Origin: Marsupella aquatica
Lineage: Eukaryota > Plantae > Marchantiophyta
DNA length: 64,000 nt
Assembly (NCBI GenBank): GCA_973895155.1
Contig: OZ316891.1
Span: 15,997,037-16,061,036 of the forward strand
Reading direction: 5' to 3'
Each line of letters starts with the position of its first letter. Position 1 is the first letter of the stretch. Below the pieces are notes generated by a model. It saw only the letters and a program-made list of their open reading frames with translations. It made no database searches and was not told the DNA's origin. Below, in pieces: positions 24,250 to 36,807 of this stretch. A program made the position numbers and the translations under genes.

Positions 24250-25506
24250 TCTAGAACTCGCCAAGTCTAGCATCCTAACTCAAGCTCAACAAACGTTGGT
24301 AAATAGGTCAGCGATAGGTCCTCCCGCTGCCATAAGCCAGAACCAGAACCCACGCCCACTGTCCGTCCAGGACAGTTTCTTCTTTGGGCGCGGCCCGGGT
24401 TCCCCCTCTTACCTATCCATCACCAACTGACCGCCCTGACCCCAGGACATGCTCATGGCCCAAATAGGGTAGCTTGTCCTAAAGCTTGTCCCAAGCTTGT
24501 CCCAACACGCCGGGACCAGAATGGTCCCGACCCTAGAATCCACTCCCGGTTCACCTCAAAGATGGTCTAGGGCCAAACACTCTTGGGACTCAACCTCCAC
24601 ACCTACTTGGCCTTGCCTCCCCAACGCAAGTTCCCTTGGGAGACTGAACGCAGCTTGGCTGCTGTTCGGCAGGATTTGGCAAGCAGACGAGTTAACACCC
24701 ACAAACCCCAAGACCCCAAGGTACCTCCAGACCCAGCTGAGCTCAGGAGGGCATAGCCCTCCTCAAGAGATTTCCAACGCACCCAAGAAGTCCTCCAACG
24801 GACTCCCCGTCCCCGTTGGGAAGATATCGCCATTTTTGTTTGGCGGTTTCCCTTAGTGTCGCGACCGCCGCGGGTCACGACTTTGGCTCGCCCTTAGCCC
24901 CCAGGGAGACACCACTCCCCTCATATATGCTTCTGGAGACCTGCCACCCCCAGACCGGCTTTGGTCCATAAACATTTGGCCCCAACCCGGATCCCATCAC
25001 GCAACATGGGCACGCCACCAACTGGCAACGCCCATAACTTTCTTGATAGGCATCCGCCTTAGCCCGTTGTGATCGGGCCGACCCAGTGCCCATGCCTAGG
25101 CCCTCAGGTCTGATCGCCGCTCGGGGCCCCCGACCGGCCCAACCCGGATCGGGCCACAACTTGCGCCCCAAGTGTCCGTTGCCCATGGCATCAACTCCAT
25201 TGGCCTTGGGCCCAAGAGGAGCTCACACACAAGCCCTCACAACTCAAAGTCCATCCGGAGGTCCAGACGGCCGTCCTTGAGCCCGACCCATTTCCCCTTG
25301 ACCCGACCAACTATCCGCTAGTCCAAGTCCTTAGTGTGTGACCCCAGCTTGGCTCCTTGCCTCGCTAGTGCCACGTCTCATTGCCCACAAGTCTCCCAAT
25401 GCTAAGTCCTCCCCGGATGGCCTATCCAGGCCTGGACCATAAGGGAGCTCGGCGTCGGAGTCAACGACGCTAGAGCTAAGTGTTAAGGTAGTCGAGTTCC
25501 GCGACT
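24250..25506 (-). repeat. Chromovirus 3' LTR (distal end deleted)
   Basis: Near-identical to 50479-51632. Confidence 0.92.
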
Positions 25507-25944
25507 TGCACCCCCCCTTTAAAAATGGTCACGCCCGTGTGACCTCAATAAACATTCCAACACGCCTAGACCACTTTGGGCCTTAAAATTTTTATGAGGT
25601 AATAAATGGTTTGCCCATAAGGCTGATGCAAACCAGGTTGGTATGCGCATTCCAGACTTAGGAAATTCCAACCTATCCCACTTATCCAAGTAGGATGCCA
25701 GTCCAAACGGGAAGCTAACTCCAAACTCGTCGGACCCTTTGTTCTCCCCTTGGGGTACTCCCCTTTGGTTCAAACCATCCCGCCCACAGGTGTAAGGCGG
25801 GCACCATCAACTTCCACTCGCAAAAAGCAAATTGTCCGCCCAACAACCTCTAGCACCTACGCAATTTGACTTTATCCTTAAGAGGCCAAGAGGAGTGAAA
25901 CTATGATACAACTCACAAAGGGAGCTGCAGTTGCCTGTACCAGT

Positions 25945-26099
25945 TCACAACGGCGGTAGGCCACTTCGCGTACGATAGCTTCCAAGGATCTTTGAGGCAT
26001 TACCCAAATTTTCTTCCGGTTCCCAAGTACTCTCAGCCTGGTCGTAGCCAGCCCACTTCACCAAATACTCTAAGATTTGCCTTCCCAACTTGCGTTTGT
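25945..26099 (-). pseudogene. Chromodomain, C-terminal half (N-terminal half at 44664-44705)
   Basis: FEVEAILDHHYK | RKLGRQILEYLVKWAGYDQAESTWEPEENL is rejoined in frame when the Copia and one TSD are removed. Confidence 0.92.
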
Positions 26100-26268
26100 T
26101 GTTGAGCATAGACGACATTTGTAACAACAAGCCCATGAACCATCCAACATACAAGAGTCAACACAGAGAGATACGTGGTTCACCTCCACATGAGGCTACG
26201 TCCACAGGAACACACGAGAGTTTTACTATACTCTAGGTCGACAGGCCATACAAGGCATCCATAGCACA

Positions 26269-29200
26269 TGTAGTTTGTTATGAAGAACCAAAAACACACT
26301 TAAAGGTCTTCAAACTCGGTATTCATTCCCGTAAAGAACAAGATGGGGTTGGTTTGATAGATTTAAACAATAATAAAGAACTAAAGATATTTTCCACACA
26401 TAGTAATCAAGTTTGATTACTTCATTAAGGTATTTTGAAGATCGCTCCACAGCGGTGAGTAGTTTTCAATGATAACTCAGCATCATGTAAACATAAATTA
26501 ATGAAAAGGGAATGATTAACAAAATACACCAAAAATATCTTAAAGTATGCTAAGGGAGTCTGGAATTGACCAAGGTTGCTCCTTAGACATAAGTCAAAAT
26601 GAAATGACTTAAGGATTCAAATCCATATTGCTTTTCAGGTCTAAAATGCTTACTAGAGTACCTTTTAAAATACCGTCAACATGTCTTATCCTTTCTTTCT
26701 AAGTGGTACTCAGATAAAATCTAAAAGGTAGCTACTTCAACATTTAGATGGTACTAAGCAACACGAAAGAAAATCCATCAATTTCAATGAGACTTAAACT
26801 CAATGAGTTAACTTTAAGAACTCAAGAGATTGCAATGAGTCACCAACAAGGAATCTATCATTACAACTCAAAAGATTTGCACAAAAGGAATTTTACTTCC
26901 TGTGTTTATAATCATAGGTAAAAACACAAGAAGGAGGTAAGTCTCTCCAAATGTTAAACCTGATCTCGAACTCATAGATTCATGATCAACTAGTTTAACA
27001 CAAGGAAAAGGCAAAAATGCATAACTTAACCATAAACTACACTAGTGGTGGAGAGGTCTTATAGTAAAAACCTATAGGGTAAGAGGTTATAGGGTCGAAG
27101 AGACATGCCTCTTCATACTCCTCAAAAAGTCAAAACAGCGATTCAGTAAGTGAAAAGCCGGAAAATGGCTAAGTAAGAACCCGTAAAAGCGTAAAGGCGT
27201 AAACTCGTAAAAGCATAAAAACATAAAGGCGTAATCCGTAATTGCGGTACAACTAAAAACTTATCAAATTCAACTATTTTTAACTTCTTAACTATAAGTC
27301 AAAAAACTCTGAGATTTTGCCAACAGATTTTCCTAGGTACAGACTATATACTAAAGAAGTATGACAGCTTTTAAAGCTCTAGAGCACATTTTGAAAAATA
27401 GGGAAATATGCACTATTCTTAAAACTAACTAAAAACACTTAGACTACTCAAGCTTGTTGTCGGATGTCTTCTGGTTCGAGTAGCTCCACTGCTTTAACAG
27501 TTCAATTTTATGTAACTTTCATCAGCTCAGCCTGGCGTGGGGATCCTCGAGAGTAGGGTAGGCATCTCAATTGCCTTTCAGGATATATCAAGGGCATTCT
27601 CTTCCTTAGATAACATATGTCTATTCGAAGAGCTTCTCTATACATCCCAATCACGTCATAATTATTGCAAGTAGCAGCATATACTTGGGGATAATGGTAT
27701 AGGAATTCATCAGAGTTCAGCATCCTGGAATAGAAAGGGTGAAGCCTCCATTTGACATCTTTGAAATATCGGTTGAAGTTGGCTAGAGTTTGAGAGGTGA
27801 CATTGTTCCAGATTCTCTATTTCTCAGCTAATGAACTGGTTGAAACAAGGGTAACCTTGGGCTCTCGAGGAAGGTAAGCGTTCTGGGGAGAAGTAGATTT
27901 CTTACTCTGCATGAGAAAAGAAACCACAAAATCTAGGGCATAAGCTGCCAAATTTCCAAAATATGCCAGAACTAAATCTGGATCCTCCACCTCCACATCT
28001 CCTTGAAGCAGCATCACAACAAGAATGGGTCGGAAGTAGAGAGAGTCAGTCCAGAACTCATCGAATTGTGCCATCTCTACTCTGGAAGTTCCAAAACACC
28101 TAAGGTCGAAGATATAACTGGCCTCTATCTTTTTGAGATAGTAGTATCTCCAAAACTCTCCAACCGATGGTCTGTTGGCCTGCATTATCTTACAGGTCTC
28201 CACATACCTGTGCACTTGGGACTCTGGATGTCTCGGGTATCTACTCTCAATGGTGGCATTCCGAGGTGTTTGAGTAGATGAGGTGACAACTGCTACTAAG
28301 TTTGGATTGGATCTTAAGGCAGTATCAACATCTTCAAATCCCTACCTTGGGGATGACTCAAGAGAATTATCATAAGATCTATAAGTTTCACCATCTGAGG
28401 GTGGATCAGAGTCTTCAAGCATATCCTCTCTGACGTAAGGGTGCTCATATTGTGACCGATTGTAGGTGGGTCCTTCAGTGGGTTCATAGTTGGAATCAGG
28501 GCTGTAATGTTGCGAACCTGGGCTAGGAGTGGGACTAGCAGTTGGACATTGTTGGATCAAGTTGCTGACCACGGATGCTATCTGTCGAGGTTCACACTGA
28601 AGTATTTCTAGCAAATCATCCACAATAGCTACACAACTGATACTATCTGCTACTGGAACAGGTTCACTTGTTTCTAGGGGAGGGGGTTGTACAGTGACAG
28701 GAGTACAGATCACAAACTCCATTGGTGCTGGTTCTCTTGGGGGAGAGGTCATTCTGACAGGACTTAGCTGATCATGAAATGGTGATCTCAAACTAACAGC
28801 CTCCATTCTCAAATTACTAACAACATCATATAGTCCATCATCACTACAAGTGAGGAGAGATGTCAACTTATCAATAAGCTGCTGATTCGACTCTGCTTTC
28901 GAAGGAGTGGGCCTGGTGGTCTCATGAGGAGTAGCATCAGTTGGTGTAGCAACATCGTCTTGTTGATGAATGCTCCTTACTTCTTCAGCTTCTAGTGGAT
29001 CTGCATCCATAGTCCGGCTAGGGGTATTCTCATTACTTATTGATTGGCAAACAATTTCCCTGCTATGCATAGGAGAATGTGTAGGAACTTCTAATGAAGC
29101 ATCCTCCATAGGAACATCAGCATTCTCCTCAACGTTCTGATCATTCAAATTCAATGGGGTAACATGTACAATGTCTTCCATGGGAATTTCTTCTTCAATA

Positions 29201-30284
29201 CCCAGGTCAATTAGGAGTAACCCCCTCTCTGTCTCTTCCTCAAGATGTAAACAGTCATGGGCATAATAGAGTTGAGAGAGATAATTCTGCAAGCAAGTGG
29301 TCCTCCCTGATTCCAAGCTCCTTACTTGATCCTTCATTACATTAAACAGAAGTAGGGCCCAATTTACTTTTATAGCTCCACTGTGAGCAGCTACAATGGT
29401 GTTAGCCAAGGCCACAGGGCAGAGGGTTGGCTTTTTCGGATGAAGAATGGGTACCAGAAATTCCATGAGCACTCTCAATTCAGGATAAGTACACTGGGAC
29501 AAGTTCCAGCCATTTTTGAGATTTCGAGTTCCTGAGAAGTATGGAGTAGATAAGTCTTGCTTCTTGGAATATAATGCCTCTCCTTCTGACGGGCATCCAA
29601 AGGCATAAGCAATTTGCTCAACAGTCCACAGGCTGGGGTGAGCTCGAATTGTTCGCTTGAATTCAATCGGGATGATAGTCCCCTTTACAAAATCTTTCAA
29701 GTAGGAGTCGAGCTCGACATTCCAGGGAATCTTGAGTAAGCGTTCCAATCCTAAGTGCTATAAAGAGTCTTGTAAATTAGAAAGACTATCAAGCGCTCGT
29801 GGTATACAAGCTGCCACTACTTTTGAGACTGCTAGAGCTTCAATTTGATATTGTTCCTTAGCACCCAGGTTCGCCATAGCTGCAACGATAATTTGCGTGC
29901 TGCAAAGATTACTTTTGAAGGGAAAGAGCAAGTGAATAGGGGTGGTGAAGAGATAAGAGTGAGCACCTGAACTCTGTGCTTGGTTCCTATCAAGGCATGA
30001 AGTCCCTGTTCCGTTGCTAAGTCCCGTTGCGAAGTTAGCCGTAGCGCCTTAACGTGAACTTTCCTTAAACGCGTAAGGCATAAACCATAATCCCATATCG
30101 GCGTAAACTCGTAACATCGTAAACCCGTAAACCCGTAACACTTATACGCATAAATGCGTAATCCCGTTATAAAGTATACCCGTAGTTTACACTTGGCACT
30201 TTAACAGCAACAGCAGGCTTAAACACTGTAAAAAGTTTAAATTTTTCAGTAATTTCAGGTTTTCGGTATTACCCAATACTCACA
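26269..30284 (-). mobile_element. Family B 4-kb solo-LTR-like element, copy 1, inserted in the Copia 3' LTR
   Basis: TG...CA ends; 5-bp TSD GCACA/ACACA; the empty site is visible in the other Copia LTR near 44483; homologous to 36808-40883. Confidence 0.88.
27448..29877 (-). pseudogene. Family B LTR-embedded protein (about 810 codons, several premature stops)
   Basis: ORFs 28342-29748, 27817-28215 and 27508-27723 are in one frame and colinear with 37260-39659. Confidence 0.8.
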
Positions 30285-30671
30285 ACACAAGCTCTCCCTA
30301 TCTCTCAACTAGCTCCATAACAATGAGCCTAAGTTCCACCAGGGTTTGGCATCAGCCCTGGCTATATACACAATAGCACTACCGCTAACAATAGCTAAGT
30401 CCTAACCCGAGTTAGCCTAACTATAGTTAGCTCATGAGTCACAAGACTAGAGCAATATCTAACAAAATCCCCCTTGACTCTTGTCCTGGGGACTGGACTA
30501 ATTGCTACCATATGGAATCCTCAACGGGAAGTTCTAGACAATCACCAAACCAGGTCTCCCCCTAAAAACCACAAGGGTTAACTAAGGGTTAACTAGAACT
30601 AAGCCGTAGCCAAACATGAATGAGTAATCCATATACAAATAGTCATACATTGCTAAATAACTCTACTTGCA

Positions 30672-31055
30672 CTACAACTGCAAAACCTGCAAAGTAGCAC
30701 GGTGTCTTGAGAAACTCTCCAAAGGAATTACTTTGGTAAAGGCATCAACGGGATTAAGCTTTCCATCAATCTTGACTAGCTCAAAAGTTTTATCAGATAC
30801 TACTTGCCTGATAAAATGGTACCTGATATCAATGTGCTTCACCCTGCTATCCATCACCTGGTTAGCAGCCAAGTGAAGAGCACTCTGACTATCACAATTT
30901 AGAGTCATTTTTCCATGCTCTAAACCCATCTCCGCGATCAACTTGTCCAACCAAATTGCTTCCTTTGCTGCTTCTGCTACTGTAACATACTCTGCTTCTG
31001 TAGTAGACTGAGATATACACTTCTGCAAGGTAGATTTCCAGCTGATAGTTCCTTT
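30672..31055 (-). pseudogene. Copia RNase H
   Basis: ISWKSTLQKCISQSTTEAEY, CDSQSA, KHIDIRYHFIR, NPVDAFTK. Confidence 0.95.
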
Positions 31056-34000
31056 GATAGGGCTTACCAGATTGAAGCCCTAGAAGAAGCTCGACTACTA
31101 GCAACCAGGCATGCGGGTAAGCAGCAGGCAGCTTCCAAGAAGCAGCACGATAAGGGACTACGGAAGGTCGACGTCATGACGGGCGATCTAGTCCTGTTTT
31201 ACGATAGTAGGTACATGAAATTTCCTGGGAAGCTTCATACCCAATGGTTAGGGCCTTTTCTAGTCAATCAGATCTACCCTAACGGATCTTTGGGACTCGT
31301 GACGTACGCCGGCGATTTACTCCCCACGCAAGTCAGTTACGATCGTGTGAAGAAGTATCACCATCAAGACGACGACACCGATAGTGATGTTCGCGAGGAC
31401 GCTTCACAATTAAGCGGGGAGCTATGTGACGCTGCCGGTACGGTGGGTAATAAGTGATTTGGCCTAACCATGCTTAGCACGCCTGTTAGGGGTATGTTAG
31501 GCCATAATTATTAGAGTAACGACAGTATTTAGGTAGCCATTATGAGTAAGAAATCATTAGTCAATAAGGGGCATTCGTGTTCGGGCCGGCGGCGGGTCGC
31601 CATTCGCACGCCCGGGTTGCGAGCGTGTAATGGGCCCCTTCCTTGGATCCGTATAACAAACTCCGGGAGGCGGCCACTGACACATGCTGACCCGGACTGG
31701 TGGAGTGGCCGATACACTGCAAGCATGAAAGGCTCGGCCCATAAGCAACAAGGAGGCGTTGGGCGACTGACGAGCTCTTAGGATATAAAAGGGGGCCGAT
31801 CCTTTGCAGTGCACCAGTTCTTCAGTCCACGCGCTAGCTACGATCCCAGTCCTCTCGACCATCCTTAGTCACCTTCTATCTCCCCTGAATGTCGCACACG
31901 ATCCATTCTAGTTTGGCCTTGCGATTCTGGACGCAATTCTTGTCTAGCGAGCTGCACTTGGCCGACTCATTAAAACACGCCAACCCGCGATGATACAAGA
32001 TCAAACGCGAGTACGAGAGAGCCATCCGCCTAGCAGGCCGCCATCACTATCTCCTTAACTTTGATTACCCATCCCAGAGCGAGCTTTACCGACCCAAAGA
32101 AATATCAGGGTACTTCTTTGATGGAGGCAAATACATCGGCTTTTGGGAGGCATTGCTTCAACTTCCGGACTCGGTCTTCACTATCCCGGGCACGATCGAC
32201 TTACAGTGGCACCACTTCGACCACATCCCCGCGCGGGTCCAGGCTATCATCAACAACAAGTTCAACACTACCCGGTCGACAAGGCCGTCTACACTTGCTT
32301 TGGAAAACCTCCATCGGCACCTGCAGAACTTCATGGCAACTATACCATCAACGACCGGTGCCGGCCCACCCGAGCCCACGCCCGTACTCACACCCACACC
32401 CCCTCGGCCTCAGCCAAGCCGATCCATGCCACCGGTCACACCACCTTTTTGAGTACAATCCGTGGTGAATCCAGTGAATATTAGCTCTGAGACGAGGAGG
32501 CTCACCCTCCTCTGAATCGACGGCCGCGAGGTACAACTCTACAGTCGCCAAACAACCTGGCACCACTCCAGCAAGCCCGAGGGGATAACACGGTGACTCT
32601 AGCGGCCCCGGCGCCAATACTCACAACGGTAGCACTACCGCCTCCAGATAGGGAGGATGGGGAATTGTCCCCCTCTTCGAGTCACCTCAAGAATCAGTCC
32701 CGGGGAAGGAAGAGGAAGGAACCCGCAGCTGTATCCGGCTTGCCTTTGGCCACGGTTGCGGTAGCCAAGCTGACCATGCATCGCATGGGGGAGAATGTTC
32801 ACAAGAACATCCTCCATCCCAAGCATGCATGCTATCTAAAGACCCAAGGGTTTGAGCACCTCGCCTCTCTCCATTGGAACGGAAGCAGGTACTATGGGCA
32901 GGATATGACGGAGTTCATTCAGAACTTCGACAAGGCCCGTCAACAAACCCGAGCGCACCAGAGAGTGATGTGTCTCAATGAGGCATGTTTGAAGATGATT
33001 TTTGGCCTACCCGAGTGGATAAACCGGGTAGAGTCACGGGCTCCTGGGGGTAAGGGAGCTAAATACCAGTCTTCTAGCTTTCTGACCAAGGGAGCAGTGG
33101 ACAACGGATTCTTGATGAGGACGTGCCTCATCCCAGAAGTGGCAGAATGCCTGGAGTTCCAGCGGTATGCCCTCCACATGATGGAACCCAGAGGCAAAAT
33201 ATTGGCCGCCCAGGTCATCCAGGTGGAGAACTATCGGCCCAGGAAGTGGGCGTCCTTCTTCGTCAAGAAGTTCCACGAGGAGATGGAGTGGAGAAGAAAG
33301 ACTTTATACCTTGGCGGAAAGGCGTACTTCGCTAGCCACATCAAAATCATCATCGAGTGGTACGCTCGTTTTGACCGCCGTAGCCTCCCACGTATCAACA
33401 AGCCCAAGCTAACCCCATCAAAGTGGGTGTTTCCAGCCCAGGTGAGGCAACCACAGCCCGAGGCCCAAAGTCTGGCAGCTGTAGGCCCTGCTACCCCGGC
33501 CCCGCAAACCGCTGCTGCCGCCCCGCCAAGCATACCCATGGACGTTATCGCGACCTTAGACGCGATCAATCGGGTCAACACAATCGAAGTCGGGCCAGAT
33601 GAAGCCATACTCGAACCCGATACCACGATAGCCGAGGAGATTCTGCCACCTCCCGCGGTTGTGCAGGAGAACCGCCCTGCTCCAGTGGAACCAGCCCCTT
33701 CGACCAACTTACCTCAAGGGCTGGATGTTTCCACTCCTACTCCCGCACGGGTTGGAGTCTGCCCGTGCCCGAATCCAGATGGACATAGTCTAGACCATCC
33801 AAAACTCTTTGCGTCGGGCACGTTTCTGAACGGGCTGTTGGGAGATTTCTCTCAACAGATCTCATGGGACACCGGGGAGTACATGGCCCAGAAGGTGGCC
33901 TACTTCTTCAACCAGGAGTTGGTTGCGGCTGTAAAGGTAGGACATGCGCAGGTGGAGACAACGTAGAGAATAGAGCAATACCGGGTTGAGTCTGCCTACC

Positions 34001-35393
34001 TAAAGGACGAAGTGGCAACCCTGGAGGCCGAACTCCAGCAACTACGGCCTCAGGTAGCGGCCACTGAGGATCAGGTTGCCGAGGCCAGGGCCCGAGCAGC
34101 TTTAGCAAAACTGGCCGGGCTTGGAAAGGACGCCGAGATTGCACGGCTCCGGACCAAGATCGATGGTTTGAAGGGACAAACCGTCATTTGGCAGAAGGAT
34201 TTGGAGGAAGCTGACTCTTGGTCTCAGCGGGACTTAGCCGAGATTGACACCCTAAAGACAGAGGTGGCGCGGCTTCAAGGAGAAGCCACAAAGCAGGCCC
34301 AGTTGGTGGATAAGCTGACGAGCGATGCCCAGCAACTGGAGGAGGCATGTCAGGAGGCCGCGGAAGAGGCGGATGCAGCAAAGCGGGAAAACAAATCTTT
34401 GCTGGACCAGGTCCAGCTACTCAAGCAGGATGCCAACAGGCTTAGGAGGCAACGGGATAGTCGCTCCCACTCAGGCGGCTCTAGCAAGCGTGCCAGGCAT
34501 TAGCGGCAGAGTAGGATTAAAATAAAGTTAGGAATAGCTAAAAGAGGCTACAGGGACAAGAGCTTGCCCTAGTTAAAGCGACATTGCCTGCGTAGATTAG
34601 GATCTTCTAATAAGACAAGTTGTTTTCCGGCCTAACAGTTAGCTTAGTTAGGATCTTAGTTAGCAAATCTTCGGGCACAAGGCCACTCCGGTCCTCGGCT
34701 CTTAGTATTTAGTGCACCCCTCGGTAGAGTACCAAGGGGGGGTTTTTTTTGTTAGTCTCAGAGTGGGGCATCCACGGTATGTGCGGGGAGTCCCAATCTC
34801 TGCGAGTGAAAGAGTACCAAGGGGAGGGGGTAGGACTAAGCTCATCGGGCAAGTGCGGAGCCGGGCTCCGTTGTAGTGTACACCCTCAGCCTTGGACCTG
34901 TTCATTCAAGAGCTTTCGGGTCAACTAAGTGTATGTGTATGTCCCCTATGTAGTAAAATCCTTTCCCATTATTTCCTTCGTGTAAATCGAGATTGTATGC
35001 TTGCGTGCGTGCATATGTGTGAATCTCGTGTATGGGTGCCAATGCTTGGCCAAACGCACTACCTGAGCCATGCACGGGGTGCATCTTGCTGGTAAGTGGT
35101 TGCGAGCCCAGGTTGAGTGACCATATCATCAAATCCGGATCAAAGGCGGAAAGCACGAAGGCTTAAAAGCCCGTAAGCCGGGGTCGATCTTGCTATCGAC
35201 TAAGGTACGTTTCGGCAGCGGAACACAAACCATACCTAGGAAGGGTCCGTAAATAATAGTAGACACACTTAGCGCTAGTTTACGTGAGTTAGGTGCATTT
35301 TGGGCTTCCCTCCTTGTCCGAACCCTCATATTTACAAAGGATGTGCCTGTCTAAGCCGAAGCCCGGTTTAAGGCCTAGGCTGACGACGTGACA
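31055..35393 (+). mobile_element. Family A Gypsy copy 2: integrase tail plus 4-kb LTR (31425-35393), inside Copia pol
   Basis: Colinear with about 16895-21264, with the same PPT and TGTGACG...CGTGACA ends. Its 5' part and the Copia RT/RNase H junction were removed together. Confidence 0.88.
31889..34503 (+). pseudogene. Family A LTR-embedded protein, copy 2
   Basis: ORFs 32153-32452, 32593-33966 and 34012-34503 are homologous to 17732-20367, with the same C-terminus RSHSGGSxKRARH. Confidence 0.75.
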
Positions 35394-36807
35394 GACATGA
35401 ATCTGCTAACCTTTCCCATCGCTAGGGCCAAGTCAGGCCTAGTACAAGTCATCAAATACATCAAACTGCCTACTGCCTTCTTATAAGGAATCTTAGCCAT
35501 CAGACCTTTCTCCACAGCATCCATAGGAGAGAAAGCCGATGATAACTTGAAATGTGAAGCTAAAGGAATACTCACTGGCTTACAGTTTTCCATGTTGAAT
35601 TGTGCAAGTACTTTCCTCGCATACTAGCCTTGACTCAAGCACACCTGTCCAGTATCAGAGTTCCTAAAAATCTCCATCCCTAAGATCCTCTTGGCCTTAC
35701 CAAGATCCTTCATCCTGAATTCAGCACTCAATTTTGCCTTGAGACAGTCAACCTCAGATTGATCTAAGCTATATGATACACCATCCTTGTAAAACCTTGA
35801 GCAAGCATGAAATCATCAAACCGCTTGTTCCACTGTCTAGGAGACTGCTTCAATCCATACAAGGACTTGAGCAATCTGCAAACTAAGTTCTCTTGGCCCT
35901 TCTTCATAAAGCCTAGTGGCTGTCTCATGAAGATCAACTCTTCCAAGTTGCCATAAAGAAAAGCAGTAACAACATCCATCTGATCCATCACCAAACCAAA
36001 AACACAACAAGCTGACACAAGATCCGAATTGTGGAATACTTAGTCACCGGTGAAAAGACCTCATTGTAATCCACTCCTTTCTCCTGAGTGAATCCCTTGG
36101 CAACAAGCCTTGCCTTGTAGATCTTATCTCCACCCTCTGAAGGAGTATCCTTCAACTTGTAAATCCACTTGCTGACCTCTTGGAAGCTCCACCAGCTCCC
36201 ATGTTTTGTTGCACTCAAAGATTGCAACTCCCTCTGCATTGCTGCATTCCACTCATGCTTCTGCTCTGAAGCACAAGCTTCACTATACAATGAAGGCTCT
36301 CCTTCTTCCAAGATCAAAGCCATATCATCATCATCAGGTGAAATGTCAATATCATATAGCTTAGATGAGTCTGCCCATTGACCATACCTGGTAGGAGCTC
36401 TAGTAGAACAACTGGAAGTTCTTCTAGTAGATGACTCAGGCTGATCTGCTGCTGCTGGCTGAATTTGAGGTACCCCAGCAACAATCTGCTCCTCTTGTTC
36501 CATCACAGGAACTAGCTCCAAGCCCGAAGCTTCTCCATCTCTCCTATCATGAACAGCATCATGACTAATCTCCCCTCAACCCGGTCCGGGATGGGAGATT
36601 TCCCCTTGTCAGTATGGGAGTCCTGAGAACTCTCCCCCTCCTTTGATGATCTGGATTCATTAAAGAACACATCTCTACTGACAATTAGTTTATAGGTTAC
36701 TGGATCCCATAACCTATAACCCTTCACACCTTTCTGATAGCCAAGGAAAATACACTTCTTCGACTTGGACTCCAGCTTGGATCAAAGTTGGGAAGGTGTA
36801 CGCACAT
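35394..36807 (-). pseudogene. Copia integrase tail and reverse transcriptase
   Basis: KCIFLGY, KGYRLWDP, YKARLVAKGFTQ, QMDVVTAFLYG, LLKSLYGLKQSPRQW, VGSLMYLMTCTRPDLA; frameshifts and a deletion of the YVDD region. Confidence 0.93.

Noticed and set aside
24497-25280. ORFs inside the chromovirus LTRs (also 50715-51508)
   Set aside because: Short, GC-rich, not preserved in frame between the two LTRs, and without recognisable motifs.
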